Assembly (NCBI GenBank): GCA_025558095.1
Contig: JAIVFI010000022.1
Coordinates: forward strand, 558,001 to 622,000
DNA length: 64,000 nt
Reading direction: 5' to 3'
Origin: Hyaloraphidium curvatum SAG 235-1
Lineage: Eukaryota; Fungi; Monoblepharomycota
Shown: in pieces, positions 35,312 through 45,629 of the stretch
Layout: each line of letters begins with the position of its first letter
How positions within the stretch are numbered: the stretch's first letter is position 1
Position numbers and translations under genes: made by a program
The notes under the pieces: model-generated
The model's input: the letters and a program-made list of their open reading frames with translations, nothing else
What the model was told of the DNA's origin: nothing
Databases searched by the model: none

Positions 35312-36790
35312 ATGGACGGCTCGGCTCGAATCGACGTGCGCCGCAAGGGCGGGCCGTGGAGCGACGCGGCATGGCTGGCCCTCCTCCCGGGCCCGACCCC
35401 CGGCGGCGGCGCGGCGTGGGCGGCCGCCGCCCCCGACCCCGCGCGCGCCGCCCGCGACGCGGACCCGCTGACGCCCGAGCGCGTGGCGCACGCGCTCGCC
35501 GATGCCGGGCTGCCCGCCCTCGGCCGCTTCATGGCCCTCCGCATGCGCGCGGTGGCCCGCTCGTCGCTGTGGATGGTCCCGCTGTGGCTCGCGAGCAACA
35601 CGCTGCCGCTGCCGATGCTGGCCGTGCCCTTCGCTGCCGCTTCGTACTCGTCGCGAGCACTGGCCACGTTCCTTGTGGCCGTCACATGGTGCACCGCGGC
35701 GTGGTTCGTCACCAACGCGCTCAGCGCGCGCACTGCCTCCGGATACAGGGACCCCGGCTTCGAACAGTTCGTGCGCTACGTCCAGCTCTCGACGTCTTCC
35801 TCGCACGCAGATTCTCTCCTGGAGCACTCGGACAGAGATCCGCGATGCCCATGCCCTGCCCCGGCCTGCCTTGGCCGACTTCGGACCAGCTTCACCCGTG
35901 CCCTAGCCGCCCGCACGGTGTACTCGTTTGCGAGCCTTTGGACTTCGTATGCTTTTGTGTTTTTCTATACCCAGCTGGTAACGCTGGGCGGGTACACGTG
36001 GACGCAAGCCTGGAGCTTCGTGTTTGCTGTGCTTTCGCTTGTCATACGGACCGTGTGGTACACGGCCGGGGCGCTGTTCCTGCCGTTCAATGAGCTGAAC
36101 GCCGCCTCGGTCGACCTTTCCAGCCGGCTGGAGGCCCGGGCGTTCGACCTCTCTCTTGGCCAGCTTCTGGACTCGGCGGCCGCCGCGGCTGCCTCCCTTT
36201 CGGACAGCCAGACTGAAGCCGACCCCGATCCCGCGGCCTCCCTGCCTCCAATCACCGCCGAACCCTATTGGACCGTGCACGACGCCCTCGCCCCCCGTAT
36301 GCGCACCAGGTTCGCCAACTTCGAACCCGCCAACAGGGTTGTGCTGGCCGGCATGGCCATCGAGCTCGTCTCGGGCTTCGTTTACGTCGTCGGCTCCTCC
36401 TGCCTGCCCGCCTGGGTGCTCCTGGCATTCTGCACCTGGGCCTCGTTCGCCCTCTCGGACCTCGTCACCGTCGCCCTCGCCAACGCCCGCGCCGGCGCCG
36501 TCGCGGACCTGCACCGCTCCGCCGCCGCCGAGCTGCACCGCCTCGTGCTCTCGCTCCCGGCGGCGGAGCGCTCGGCGCCCCTGCGGAGGCAGCTCCTGGA
36601 CCGCGAGGCCGCGCTGGCGTCCGTGGCGGGCGAGGCGGAGCACATGCGGGCCAGGTTCGCGGGGGTGGTCGTGGATACGGGGGTCGTGAGGACCGTGCTG
36701 GCGACGGGGCTGACGGTGGGCGTGGCGCTGTTTGGGATACTGAGGGGGTCGGTGGCGGTGACGCTCGAGAGCGTGTGCAATACGGCGTGA
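35312..36790 (+). CDS. Multi-pass (about 7 TM) membrane protein, paralog of 3664-5404
   Basis: 492-aa ORF, multiple hydrophobic helices, CPCPAPAC loop, C-terminal ARFAGVVVDTGVVRT..LRG..LESVC. Confidence 0.85.
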   Translation: MDGSARIDVRRKGGPWSDAAWLALLPGPTPGGGAAWAAAAPDPARAARDADPLTPERVAHALADAGLPALGRFMALRMRAVARSSLWMVPLWLASNTLPLPMLAVPFAAASYSSRALATFLVAVTWCTAAWFVTNALSARTASGYRDPGFEQFVRYVQLSTSSSHADSLLEHSDRDPRCPCPAPACLGRLRTSFTRALAARTVYSFASLWTSYAFVFFYTQLVTLGGYTWTQAWSFVFAVLSLVIRTVWYTAGALFLPFNELNAASVDLSSRLEARAFDLSLGQLLDSAAAAAASLSDSQTEADPDPAASLPPITAEPYWTVHDALAPRMRTRFANFEPANRVVLAGMAIELVSGFVYVVGSSCLPAWVLLAFCTWASFALSDLVTVALANARAGAVADLHRSAAAELHRLVLSLPAAERSAPLRRQLLDREAALASVAGEAEHMRARFAGVVVDTGVVRTVLATGLTVGVALFGILRGSVAVTLESVCNTA

Positions 36791-37101
36791 AGATGTTGAT
36801 TTGGAGAGGACTGCCTTGGAGATGGGGATGTGCCTAGCAGGCACGGTCGTGTCGTCATGCGACCCTCTTGTTGACAAAGCGGCCCTTGGTGATCCGTCTC
36901 CACATGGCTTCCTCCGCCGCGTCCGCCTCCGATCCAAACCCCCGTGTGAACTCCATGAACTCGACGTCACGTTCGGGCACTTCTTCCGCAAGGCTGCTTC
37001 AGTGGGAGAAACCGGTGCCGTCGAAGCCCGCCGAAGCCAGGGTCCGCATCTCCGTCCCACAAGCGATCCGTCCCCTCAAAGGAGACAGCAAACCCCAATC
37101 A

Positions 37102-37749
37102 TCACAGCAGCATCTGGAGCGGCTGCGGCACCCTGTACCCCGGGTTGCCGGCGGCGAACAGGAACCCGTGCACGGCCGCCGCCCGCGCGTAGGCCTGGTC
37201 CATCAGCGCGGGCCCCCCCACCGGCAGCGTCTCCCCGTTGCGGAGGACGAGCACGGTCGAGAAGGTCGGCTCGTTGTTGATCCGGAGGTTGGCCCTGGTA
37301 AGGGCCACGTTGCCCACGTCCGCGTACGGCACCGTGCGGGCCTTTTTGAGGCACACGAGGAAGCCGGGGTAGCTCGCGAAGGAGACCTCCTTCGCGGCCG
37401 AGTCGAAGACCGTGTCGGCGGTTTCGAACATGCAGCAGCCCATGCAGAAGAAGGGGAACGGCAGCATGAACACCGCGCCTACGCAGCCGGGGTCCGAGTG
37501 CAGCGAGAGCTTCGTGCCGTCCGCCGAGCGGTCGACGCCCTCGGGAACGACGAGCTGGGAAGTGCGCAAGGCGGAGAGGGGGACCGGCTGGAGCGGCGCG
37601 CCGTCCGCGGGCGGGAAAGGTTGGGCGGTCGGCGGGTACGGGTCGGCGTAGGGCACGAAGCCCGACGGGATCGCGGCGGGAGCGCTGGCGGGGCCGTCGA
37701 TGTAGGGCGGCGGGGCGTCGAGTGGCATGTCGGCCTTCTTGGACATCAT
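37102..37749 (-). CDS. PPPY-motif Cys-rich membrane protein, copy 2
   Basis: LDAPPPY, GCVGAVFMLPFPFFCMGCCMF; paralog of 34120-34794. Confidence 0.8.
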   Translation of the reverse strand: MMSKKADMPLDAPPPYIDGPASAPAAIPSGFVPYADPYPPTAQPFPPADGAPLQPVPLSALRTSQLVVPEGVDRSADGTKLSLHSDPGCVGAVFMLPFPFFCMGCCMFETADTVFDSAAKEVSFASYPGFLVCLKKARTVPYADVGNVALTRANLRINNEPTFSTVLVLRNGETLPVGGPALMDQAYARAAAVHGFLFAAGNPGYRVPQPLQMLL

Positions 37750-38735
37750 CGCGAGTTTCGGAGTCGGCGGAGTCGGCGAACGAACAAGGTCGAGCCTCTT
37801 CAGGCCCGGGAACGAGGAATTGCGGTTCGCTGTGGCACCGTGCGACGAGCGTGCCTATTTGAGGCCCGAATGGCCGGGGCGCAATGGGTGCTGTGTCGTG
37901 TGGCGGCGCCAGCGGGAGATCCTCGGGCGGAGGACAAGTACTCGGGGGCCCTCGGCCGTCAAACGGCTGCAAATCGGACTCATGACGCGATAGATCGCGT
38001 TTGGATTGGATGGGAGAAGAGCAAAACAGGTCGTATTGGTCGTGGAAGACCAACTGCCCGATCCTTTCTGTTGACATGAACCCATATGTGGAGGGTTGTG
38101 TAGCCCCGGGAGAGTAGAATTGAACCCATATGTTGAGAAGCCGAGTGTGGGAGGTCCAGCAGGTACACCGTTCAGCTATAAGACTTCGTCACTTGTCTGT
38201 AACCGATTTCGCGGCTGGCGCGCAATCGTCTTTGTGCTCGAGCCAGTGGTCACACAGTTGGCCGGGTGCAGGGCGACGGCGGGGGGCAACCGGAGGTAGA
38301 ACTCCCGACCAGTGGACTGGATCCTGCCGCCACCGTGTTCGGCGAGGACCACCACGGTGGTGGTGGAGGCCATCTGTCTGTTTGGGCGGCGCACTGCGAG
38401 CTAGCGTCTGGGAGACAGTTGGCCACGTCGCTGAGGGCCCCCTAGCCCCCAGTCGTCGCAGAACTGCATAAAAGTCGGCATTATGGGCGGGATCCCATGG
38501 TGAAAGATAGGGAGAATGAGATGTCCCGGTGATGGTGCTTCACCGCGGCTGCGCCCTTCTGTAGATCGGCACGACGCGCATGCCCCGACGGGCGTGACCT
38601 ATAGCTTTTGTGGGATCGATGTGAAAGCCGCCCGCCACCTATTGGATTTCCCGGCCGTTTCACTGAATCAACTGATGACCCGAAGGACTGGCTGCATCCA
38701 GGCTCGACGCTGTCTTGGTTGATAACGACACAGCT

Positions 38736-38760
38736 CTGGTCTGGTCTGGTCTGGTCTGGT
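38736..38760. repeat. (CTGGT)5 microsatellite
   Basis: Five perfect CTGGT units. Confidence 0.95.
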
Positions 38761-39068
38761 ATTTCCGTCGGCGTCGCAATACACGAGGTAGATCGATGCC
38801 ACTAGGTTTTCGATCACGCTTAAGGCGCGTGTCAGGCCATTCCGTCAATTCCTTAGCGAAGTCCGCCCCAGTGAGTTGCCTCAGTGAGGTGGCGGCACCG
38901 TGCAGCGGGGCAAACCCGACGAAATCCGCCGTTGCATGAAAACAATCCAGAGTGCCACGAGTAGACTGTCGGGCGCGACACTCTGGGGTGCCTCTCAACT
39001 TCGGCGCGAGGAGCACCAAGAGGTGGTGACGAAGCAGGAAGAGTCCGGGCCTGGGTCGACAACACAGC

Positions 39069-40007
39069 TCACTTGCTACACCCAGGGTTTTCGGGAGGCT
39101 CGCAGACAGTCTTGTGCTCCGCCCAGTCCTTGCGCTGGCACTCCTTCGAGCAGTACGAGACGAGTTTGCACCTCGAGCACTTCTTGTAAGCCCCGTACTC
39201 CGGCTGGTCGGGCATCCCAAGGGCGCCGCAGCCTGCGCAGACCCGGATCGGGTACGGACGTACGTCCTCCGCCGCCTCCTGCTCCTTCTGCCAAGCCTTG
39301 CACCTGCGCTCCACCGCGAACGCACAAGACTGACACGACGGGAAGAGGTTCATCTGGAACGTCCACGGCCATTGGAAGCTGTCCAGATCGCTCAGGCCGT
39401 AGGGCTCGATCGCCGCTTTACCGCAACCGAGGCACTGGCGCTGGCGGGCGTAGAAGAGAGAACTTGCTTCCCGCAGCGCCTGTCGTTCCGCTTCCTTGGC
39501 AACGCCGAAGCCTCCTTCGAAGAGGGCTTCGGGAACCTGGACGATTAGGGGTCCGCGGCTTTCACCGAACTCGGGATCGGCCCCGTCCGGCCAGGCGGTG
39601 CAGATCCGCAGCGCGATTTCCAGAGGCTGCTTGCCGTCCTTGGGCGGCGGTCGCGGAGCACATGCTCCGTCGGCGATGGCGCGCAGCTGCTTCTCCGCGG
39701 CCTCGGTGCACGCGCTTCTCCCGCACGTTGCGACCACGGCGACTTCCACGGCCATCCGCTCGCCGTCCCGGAAAAAGGCCCGCGTGGAAAACTCCGCCGG
39801 TCGTATTTTGTGGCACGCGTAGCACTTCTTCGCGAGGCGGCGGCCCGCGTCCTGGGCCGCGGCGCGCGCGGACGCCTCTGTGGACGCGCGGTTGTCGTGA
39901 CGGAGCGCGACGGCCGGGGGCACCGAAAGCTTGCAGAGTTCATGGAATGGGCGGCTCGTTGCGCTGCCGTCGTAGACCGCGGAGCCGACGATCGTGTAGT
40001 GTTCCAT
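39069..40007 (-). CDS. MYND zinc-finger protein of the local family, two Cys modules (intact)
   Basis: KKCYAC..VATCGRSAC, ICTAWPDGADPEFG, CLGCG..WPW..FPSCQSC, C-terminal MYND. Confidence 0.9.
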   Translation of the reverse strand: MEHYTIVGSAVYDGSATSRPFHELCKLSVPPAVALRHDNRASTEASARAAAQDAGRRLAKKCYACHKIRPAEFSTRAFFRDGERMAVEVAVVATCGRSACTEAAEKQLRAIADGACAPRPPPKDGKQPLEIALRICTAWPDGADPEFGESRGPLIVQVPEALFEGGFGVAKEAERQALREASSLFYARQRQCLGCGKAAIEPYGLSDLDSFQWPWTFQMNLFPSCQSCAFAVERRCKAWQKEQEAAEDVRPYPIRVCAGCGALGMPDQPEYGAYKKCSRCKLVSYCSKECQRKDWAEHKTVCEPPENPGCSK

Positions 40008-40300
40008 TGTGTGCGCGCGTGGTGCGGGAAGAGGCGGGGAAGTGAAGCGGACTCTCTCGCAACAAGACTGCCGGCCTTCGTGACTGCGAAGCGCCTAGCG
40101 GGCGAGACCCTCACCAAAGCAACTGATTCGTAACAAAAGCTCATCTACACCACTGCTGTTGCTATCTAATGACCGGACACGTCCTCGATCTCCTACCCAT
40201 TGCAAGACGCCTCGACAAGCTCCGCCGCATCCATTGGCAAGATCACCTCCGTCAGCTGCAGCCTTGTTTCCAAAGGTAGCAAAATCGCGCGAGCAAGGAT

Positions 40301-41335
40301 TCACTTGCCCGCGTGTGCAGAGCTTCCAGCGTGCGCGCAAAGAAACTTGTGCCTGTCCCAGTCCTTGCGCTGACAGTCCTTAGAGCAGTATTTGACGATC
40401 TTGCAGCGCGAGCACCTCTGGAACGGCGTCGTCGAGTCAGAGTAGCGCTTAGACCACGTTGCGCCGCAGTCCGCTGCGCAACTGGAGGCCAAGTGGTGGC
40501 CGCCGTTGAGTTTCCCGGCTTCAGCTTTCGTCCATGCCGTCCCTCGCAGCGCGATAGCCCTCCCACAAGGCGAACAGGTTGGGAAAATGTCATAGATCAA
40601 GGTCCAAGGCCACGCGTCCACGTCGCAAGTGCCGCTCATGTATGCTCCCTCGAAGGCAGAACCGCACCCGAGGCACGACATCCCTAGAGCGGGCATGATC
40701 GCGTCCGAGACCCGCTTGACGTGCGTTTCGCAGGCGGCCTGGACTGCCTCGTGAGGACTTCCCCCGTTGAAGAGTGGGCTGAACAGCCGCTCCTCAAGCT
40801 GCACCCGTTGCGGCTTGAGGCATTCCCCAAACACGGGCTCCGCGCCCTCGGGCCACGACGTGCAGAACCTCACAGCGACTTCCACGGGGTGCTTTCCGTC
40901 CACGGGGGGCGGCAAGCGGTGTCCGAGCGAGCGCAGCTTCCCCTCGGCGGCCGCCGCGCACGGGGCTTCCCCGCAGACCGCCACGACAGCGACACCCGCG
41001 GGGCCGACCGAACCCGGCCCGCCGAACACGACGTCGACCACCGCCTTTGAAGGGTTCGGCTTTTGGCAGCCGAAGCACGCCTTGGCCATACGGCGGGCAG
41101 CGGCCTCCCCCTTGCCGCGCACGTAGGGCTCCGTGGCGGCGAGGTTCTCGGGCCGCAGCTAGTCAGGCGGGGGCGGTGATGACTCAGCACGTGTCTCACA
41201 ACCAAGTCCACGGCAGCGCCCACTACCCTCACGAGAGCCATGGAAAACGTCATCGGCATCGTTGTCATCCACGGCAGCAACAACCGCGAAACCCTGATGG
41301 CCGTGGACTATCTCCCGGCCCCCGCCGACGTGTCG
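40301..41335 (-). pseudogene. MYND-family gene whose first 32 codons are inverted (41160-41334)
   Basis: Minus-strand body begins LRPENLAATE right after a TAG; + strand 41240-41335 encodes MENVIGIVVIHGSNNRETLMAVDYLPAPADVS, the family N-terminus. Confidence 0.85.
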
Positions 41336-41410
41336 CGAGCTTCTGCAATTTTCCAACGCTCAGTTTCGTTGCCATTACTTCCTGCCTGCACACCTGCACT
41401 AGGCGCCCGC

Positions 41411-42641
41411 TCAGTGGCGGCAGTCCCCCCAGGGCCCCAGCTCCTCCCCCGCGCCGATGCGCCTCCTTCGCTCCCGCCGGGCCGCGTTGCGGAGATCCTT
41501 GTACTCCTTGTCTCCCAGCGTGGCAACGAACTCCTCGTCCTTGCGTATCTTGGCGTAGTACGGTCCCTTGTACCTGAGATTGCCGATCAGCGGGAATGCG
41601 AGTGTCCGATCTCACAATCTGCGAGCGAAACTCACTTGATCAAGCCCCGCTCCAGATCCGCAAGCTCCTCCTGGGTCCAAGCCACGGCCGTGTCGTCCCC
41701 CCTTGCGCTGTCGTCCCCGAGGCTCCCCGGCGTCTCGGGCGCGTCGCCGACGGAGCTCCCCGCATCGAACGCCAGATCCTCCTTCAGCGGGCTGGGCAGG
41801 TACGGCGAGCTCCCCGCGGCAAACTTCTTGTTGGAGAGGGTGAGCTTGACCGGCCGCGGCCGCTTCGAGCCGGCGCCGGGGGTGGTGTACGGCGAGCTCG
41901 GAGGGGTGCGGGGGGGTTCGGGGGTGCGCGAGGAGTGGTGCAGGCGAATCCAGCGGAGAACTTGGAAGGCTGTGAGGCCAGTGCGCTGCGCGAGGGACTC
42001 GGATTCGGGCTTGGTGGGGATTGAGCCGCCGCTAGCGGGGGAGCGGGAGCGTCAGTCCCGGCAGATTGGGGTCAGGAAAACACCCACGGCCGATCGGCAA
42101 TCCATTCGAGCATCGTATCGATCGCCTCTTTCGGGTACTCGACGTTGAACTTGGGCTCGGGGGAACCCGCCGGGGTCGACCACTCGCTCGCCTCGGCATC
42201 GGGATCGCGCCAGACCATGTCCGGATTCTCCACCGCCCTGACGCGTTCCTTGAGCTCCTTGACCGTGTCCTTGAGCCTCCCGACCTCGCGCTGAAGCGCC
42301 TCAATCTCTGCCCGGTCCCGCTCCCGCTGTGCAACCAGCGTTGCAATTGCGTCCTCGAGGCGCTTGGCGCGCTCCTCCTCCTCGGCCCGCCCGCGGAAAA
42401 CGGCCGAAGTCGAAACAGCTTCCGGACCGAAGGTGACCGGCACCACCGAGACGTTCAGCAACGGAGATCCCCTGCGCCCCACATCGTTCTCGAAGAGAGG
42501 CATTCCCGGCTCGTCCGCGTGGAGCAGCCCGAGACCCGCCCCCGCTGCGTTCGCGTGCTCGTCGGGGTCCGAGAAGGGCGCGTCGTGTCGCATGTCCGGC
42601 CAGAAGAGCGAGTCCGTCGAGGTCGTGCGGAGGTGCTCCAT
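41411..42641 (-). CDS. Coiled-coil protein with atypical TALE-like homeodomain
   Basis: Removing intron 42032-42087 gives YPKEAIDTMLEWIADRPGGSIPTKPESESLAQRTGLTAFQVLRWIR; second intron about 41575-41636. Confidence 0.65.
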
Positions 42642-42738
42642 TTTGTTGCGCGGCGACCGCTGTGTCAGCGCGTCGATTCCACAACACCAGTCACTCCGTG
42701 GCGAAAAGGGAACCTCCCCGTCCTGCTGCTAGATCGCG

Positions 42739-44346
42739 ATGTCGACTTCTCCACTTGAGGAATCAGTCCCTCCGCCGCAGGAGGGCGGGGAGGCAAAGTC
42801 GGCGGCCGCGGAAGCGGCAGAGATCATGGACTCCATCGGAGCGTTGCGTGGCCACGGGATCAATGCCCAGGACAGGAAGAAGCTACTCGCTCGCACGCTG
42901 GAGAGTGCTCGACGCCTGCTCGGCCATGGCTTCGAGGAGATCACGGACGACGGTCTCTCTGCGGCGGAAAGGGACGGCGAGAAGCCTCCGGTCGGGGAGG
43001 CGCATGACGACGCACGATCTGCGAAACTCCCGACACCCGCCTCTTCGCCCTCCGAGCCTCTCGAGCCATCGCAGCCGGCATTTTCCCGGACCATGACGGA
43101 CCCTCATGGCTTCTGGACAGGGTTCACGCCCTCCCCGTCCCCTTCGCCGCCTCCTTCGCCGCCCACGCCTTCGGAACTGGACTCGGACTACGAGCTCCCG
43201 ATTCCAAAGCGGCCAAGGCCCCTGCGCACACGTCGCAGGAGGCAGGCTCCGGTTGGGGTGGAACCGGTGGTGGAGGAGGCCGCCGACCGCAGCGAGAGAG
43301 AATGCCGTACCTCCCTCGGTGATGCAGCCGAAGAGGCCCCGCCTTTGCTCTTCGAAGCCACGGAACCTCTTCGAAATGTGTCTTTGTCTTTGCCAGCTCC
43401 AGCTCTGGTGCCAACGGTGGTTGCTCCCGCCGAACCCGGGCCAGCAGACGGCACGCCCGAGGCGGCTTCCTCGAACACTGCATCTTCGCCTCCGGCCCAG
43501 ATTCCCGGGCCTACGAATGAAGCTCCAGCTACAAAGCAGAAGCCACCGTCGAAGACGGACGGCACCTACGACGAGCGGATGGAAAAGACCTGCTGGTTGT
43601 GTGGTGTGAAGTGAGCGATCTCCCCTCGCGGCCGCCGAGCCGCTTCCTCATCCCTCGCGTCAGCTCGACGGTGCAATGGCGGCGCATGCAGGACTCGGGC
43701 GGTGTGATCCGGAAGCTGTGCAATGCGTGCGCGCTGAGGATCAAGCGGGCGGGGGGGAAGCACAAGGCGGTGTGGGCGGAGGGGGGGCCCGCGGGGAGGT
43801 GGTACGCGGTGCCGAATCCGCGGACGGGGTTAGGAGCGGGGAAGTCTGGTGAATTCCTGTTTTCCATCGCGATCGCGTGTGCTGATCTTGGCCCCGAAAG
43901 CCCCGCCAGCTGTGCCGAAGGAGCCGCGCAGGCGGGCGCCCAACCCCAAGACCACGTCGGCCGCGACCGCCAAGATCCGTGGGGTCACCACGATCTCGAT
44001 ACCCCACGTCCTGGCTCTGATCGACTTCATCCTTGCCCACCCAGGGGCTGGACTTCCGCCCAAACAGGCAGCCAGTGCCTCACGGAGCGTCGAGGACGTG
44101 AGCAGGTTCGGCAGGAAGAGGAAGCTCGTCAGCCTGGTGGAACCGAGCGATGACGAGTCGGAGGCGTCGGGCGGGTCGGGCGTCGGTGAGTCAACGAGCG
44201 GCCGGGAAGGGGCCGCGATTGATCGACTTCCGACAGCAACTACGCAAGAAGCGTTGCCTTTGCCCGAAGGGGATGCTGCGATTGAGGAGGACTGGGCGGG
44301 ACTGGAGGATCTGGCGGACGTGGCGAGGTGGTTTCTCGACGAGTGA
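42739..44346 (+). CDS. GATA-type zinc-finger protein
   Basis: Removing intron 43611-43663 gives CWLCGVNSTVQWRRMQDSGGVIRKLCNACALRIKR; later exon boundary uncertain. Confidence 0.75.
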
Positions 44347-44523
44347 TCGGACCGTTCTTGCTAGAGATGTACGGTTACTGTTGCAATTGAGGCTTGCAAA
44401 ATGGAAGCTCGATCCGGGATTATCTGATTCAGTTTCTTCTGGCTTTCCTGTCATTTCGTTTCGTTGGAAGCGAGAGCGAGCGCGCGCTTCGACTTTCCTC
44501 CACGCCACGTCCAACTCGCCGCC

Positions 44524-45454
44524 ATGGACGACTCCACCTTCGTCGGCATCGGTGTTTACGACGGCGCGGGAAGCAAGCCGCAGTTTACCGTCGACTTCCT
44601 CCCGCTTGCTCCCGAAGTCGCCCTCCACCCCGACAACCGCAAAACCACCGAGGCGTCGGCGAGCGCCCTGGCCGAAGAGAAGGCCCGCGAGATCGTGCAA
44701 AAGTGCAACGGGTGCCGCAGGCGTGGACCTTTCCAGTTCGTGACGGATGTGACCCTCGGGACCAGCCGTAGCGGTGCGCGTGGTGGCGGTCTGCGGGGGG
44801 GAGGGCTGCGGCGGGGACGCGGCGGACCTGCTCCGCGTCATGGCGGCAGGGGGCTACAAGTTTCCTGCGGCGCAGAACGGGAAGCAGCCGCTGGACATTG
44901 AGTTGCGCGTCTGCGTTTCGTGGCCCGAGGGTTCCGAACCCGTCTTCGAGACGGGGGCGGTCCGGATCCAGGCCGAGATGCCCGCGGACGCGGTGGAAAC
45001 CAGCAATGAGGGAACGTATCGGGCTCTCCAAGCGGCGGAGGAGGTCACGAGGCGCGCGAGCCAGCAGCTGTTCTTCGCGCGACGGCCCCGGTGCCTTGGT
45101 TGCGACGCCGCGTCACTCGGCTTCTACTCCCTTGGCAGCCTCGAACCGAAGACGTGGCCTTGGAGGTTCCACTCTGATCTATTCCCGGTCTGCGGCTCCT
45201 GCGAACAAGCGATCATCCGGAGGGCCAAGGCCTGGCGGAAGAAGGTTCTCGCGGCAGGAGACCTGCGCCCGTTCATTATGAGAGTCTGCTCGGCAAAGTG
45301 CGGCATCAACTCCTCGGATCCTGGAGCGCCGACTTTTCGGAGGTGCTCAAGGTGCAAGGCGGTCGAGTACTGCTCGAAGGAGTGCCAGCGGAGCCACTGG
45401 GCCGAGCACAAGAAGGTCTGCATGCCAGCTGGAAGCCCTTCGCCGAGCACATGA
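44524..45454 (+). pseudogene. MYND-family gene with a single +1 frameshift (or sequencing error)
   Basis: MDDSTFVGIG..QKCNGC in one frame, VRVVAVCGGEGC..MYND in the next; shift between 44753 and 44774 with no room for an intron. Confidence 0.75.
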
Positions 45455-45629
45455 ACACTTTCCCCGAACGGAGTGCCGAGATGGATGACGAGAACTAGTC
45501 GGGAGTGGAGGATCTGGCGGACGCGGGAGCCAGTACGACGATATCGCAGCATTTGCCACTGTAGTTGCCGCAGACCCTTCCATTGAACCGTCCCCCACAC
45601 CGCCCCTTCTCGCTTGAAGGCTCCGCACC

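Noticed and set aside
38077-38137. Direct repeat TGAACCCATATGT as a target-site duplication
   Set aside because: Copies only about 44 bp apart with no element between them
41157-41341. AGCT sites at both sides of the inversion as recombination sites
   Set aside because: Inverting between them adds 4 nt and leaves the gene out of frame; only the GC microhomology junction restores it
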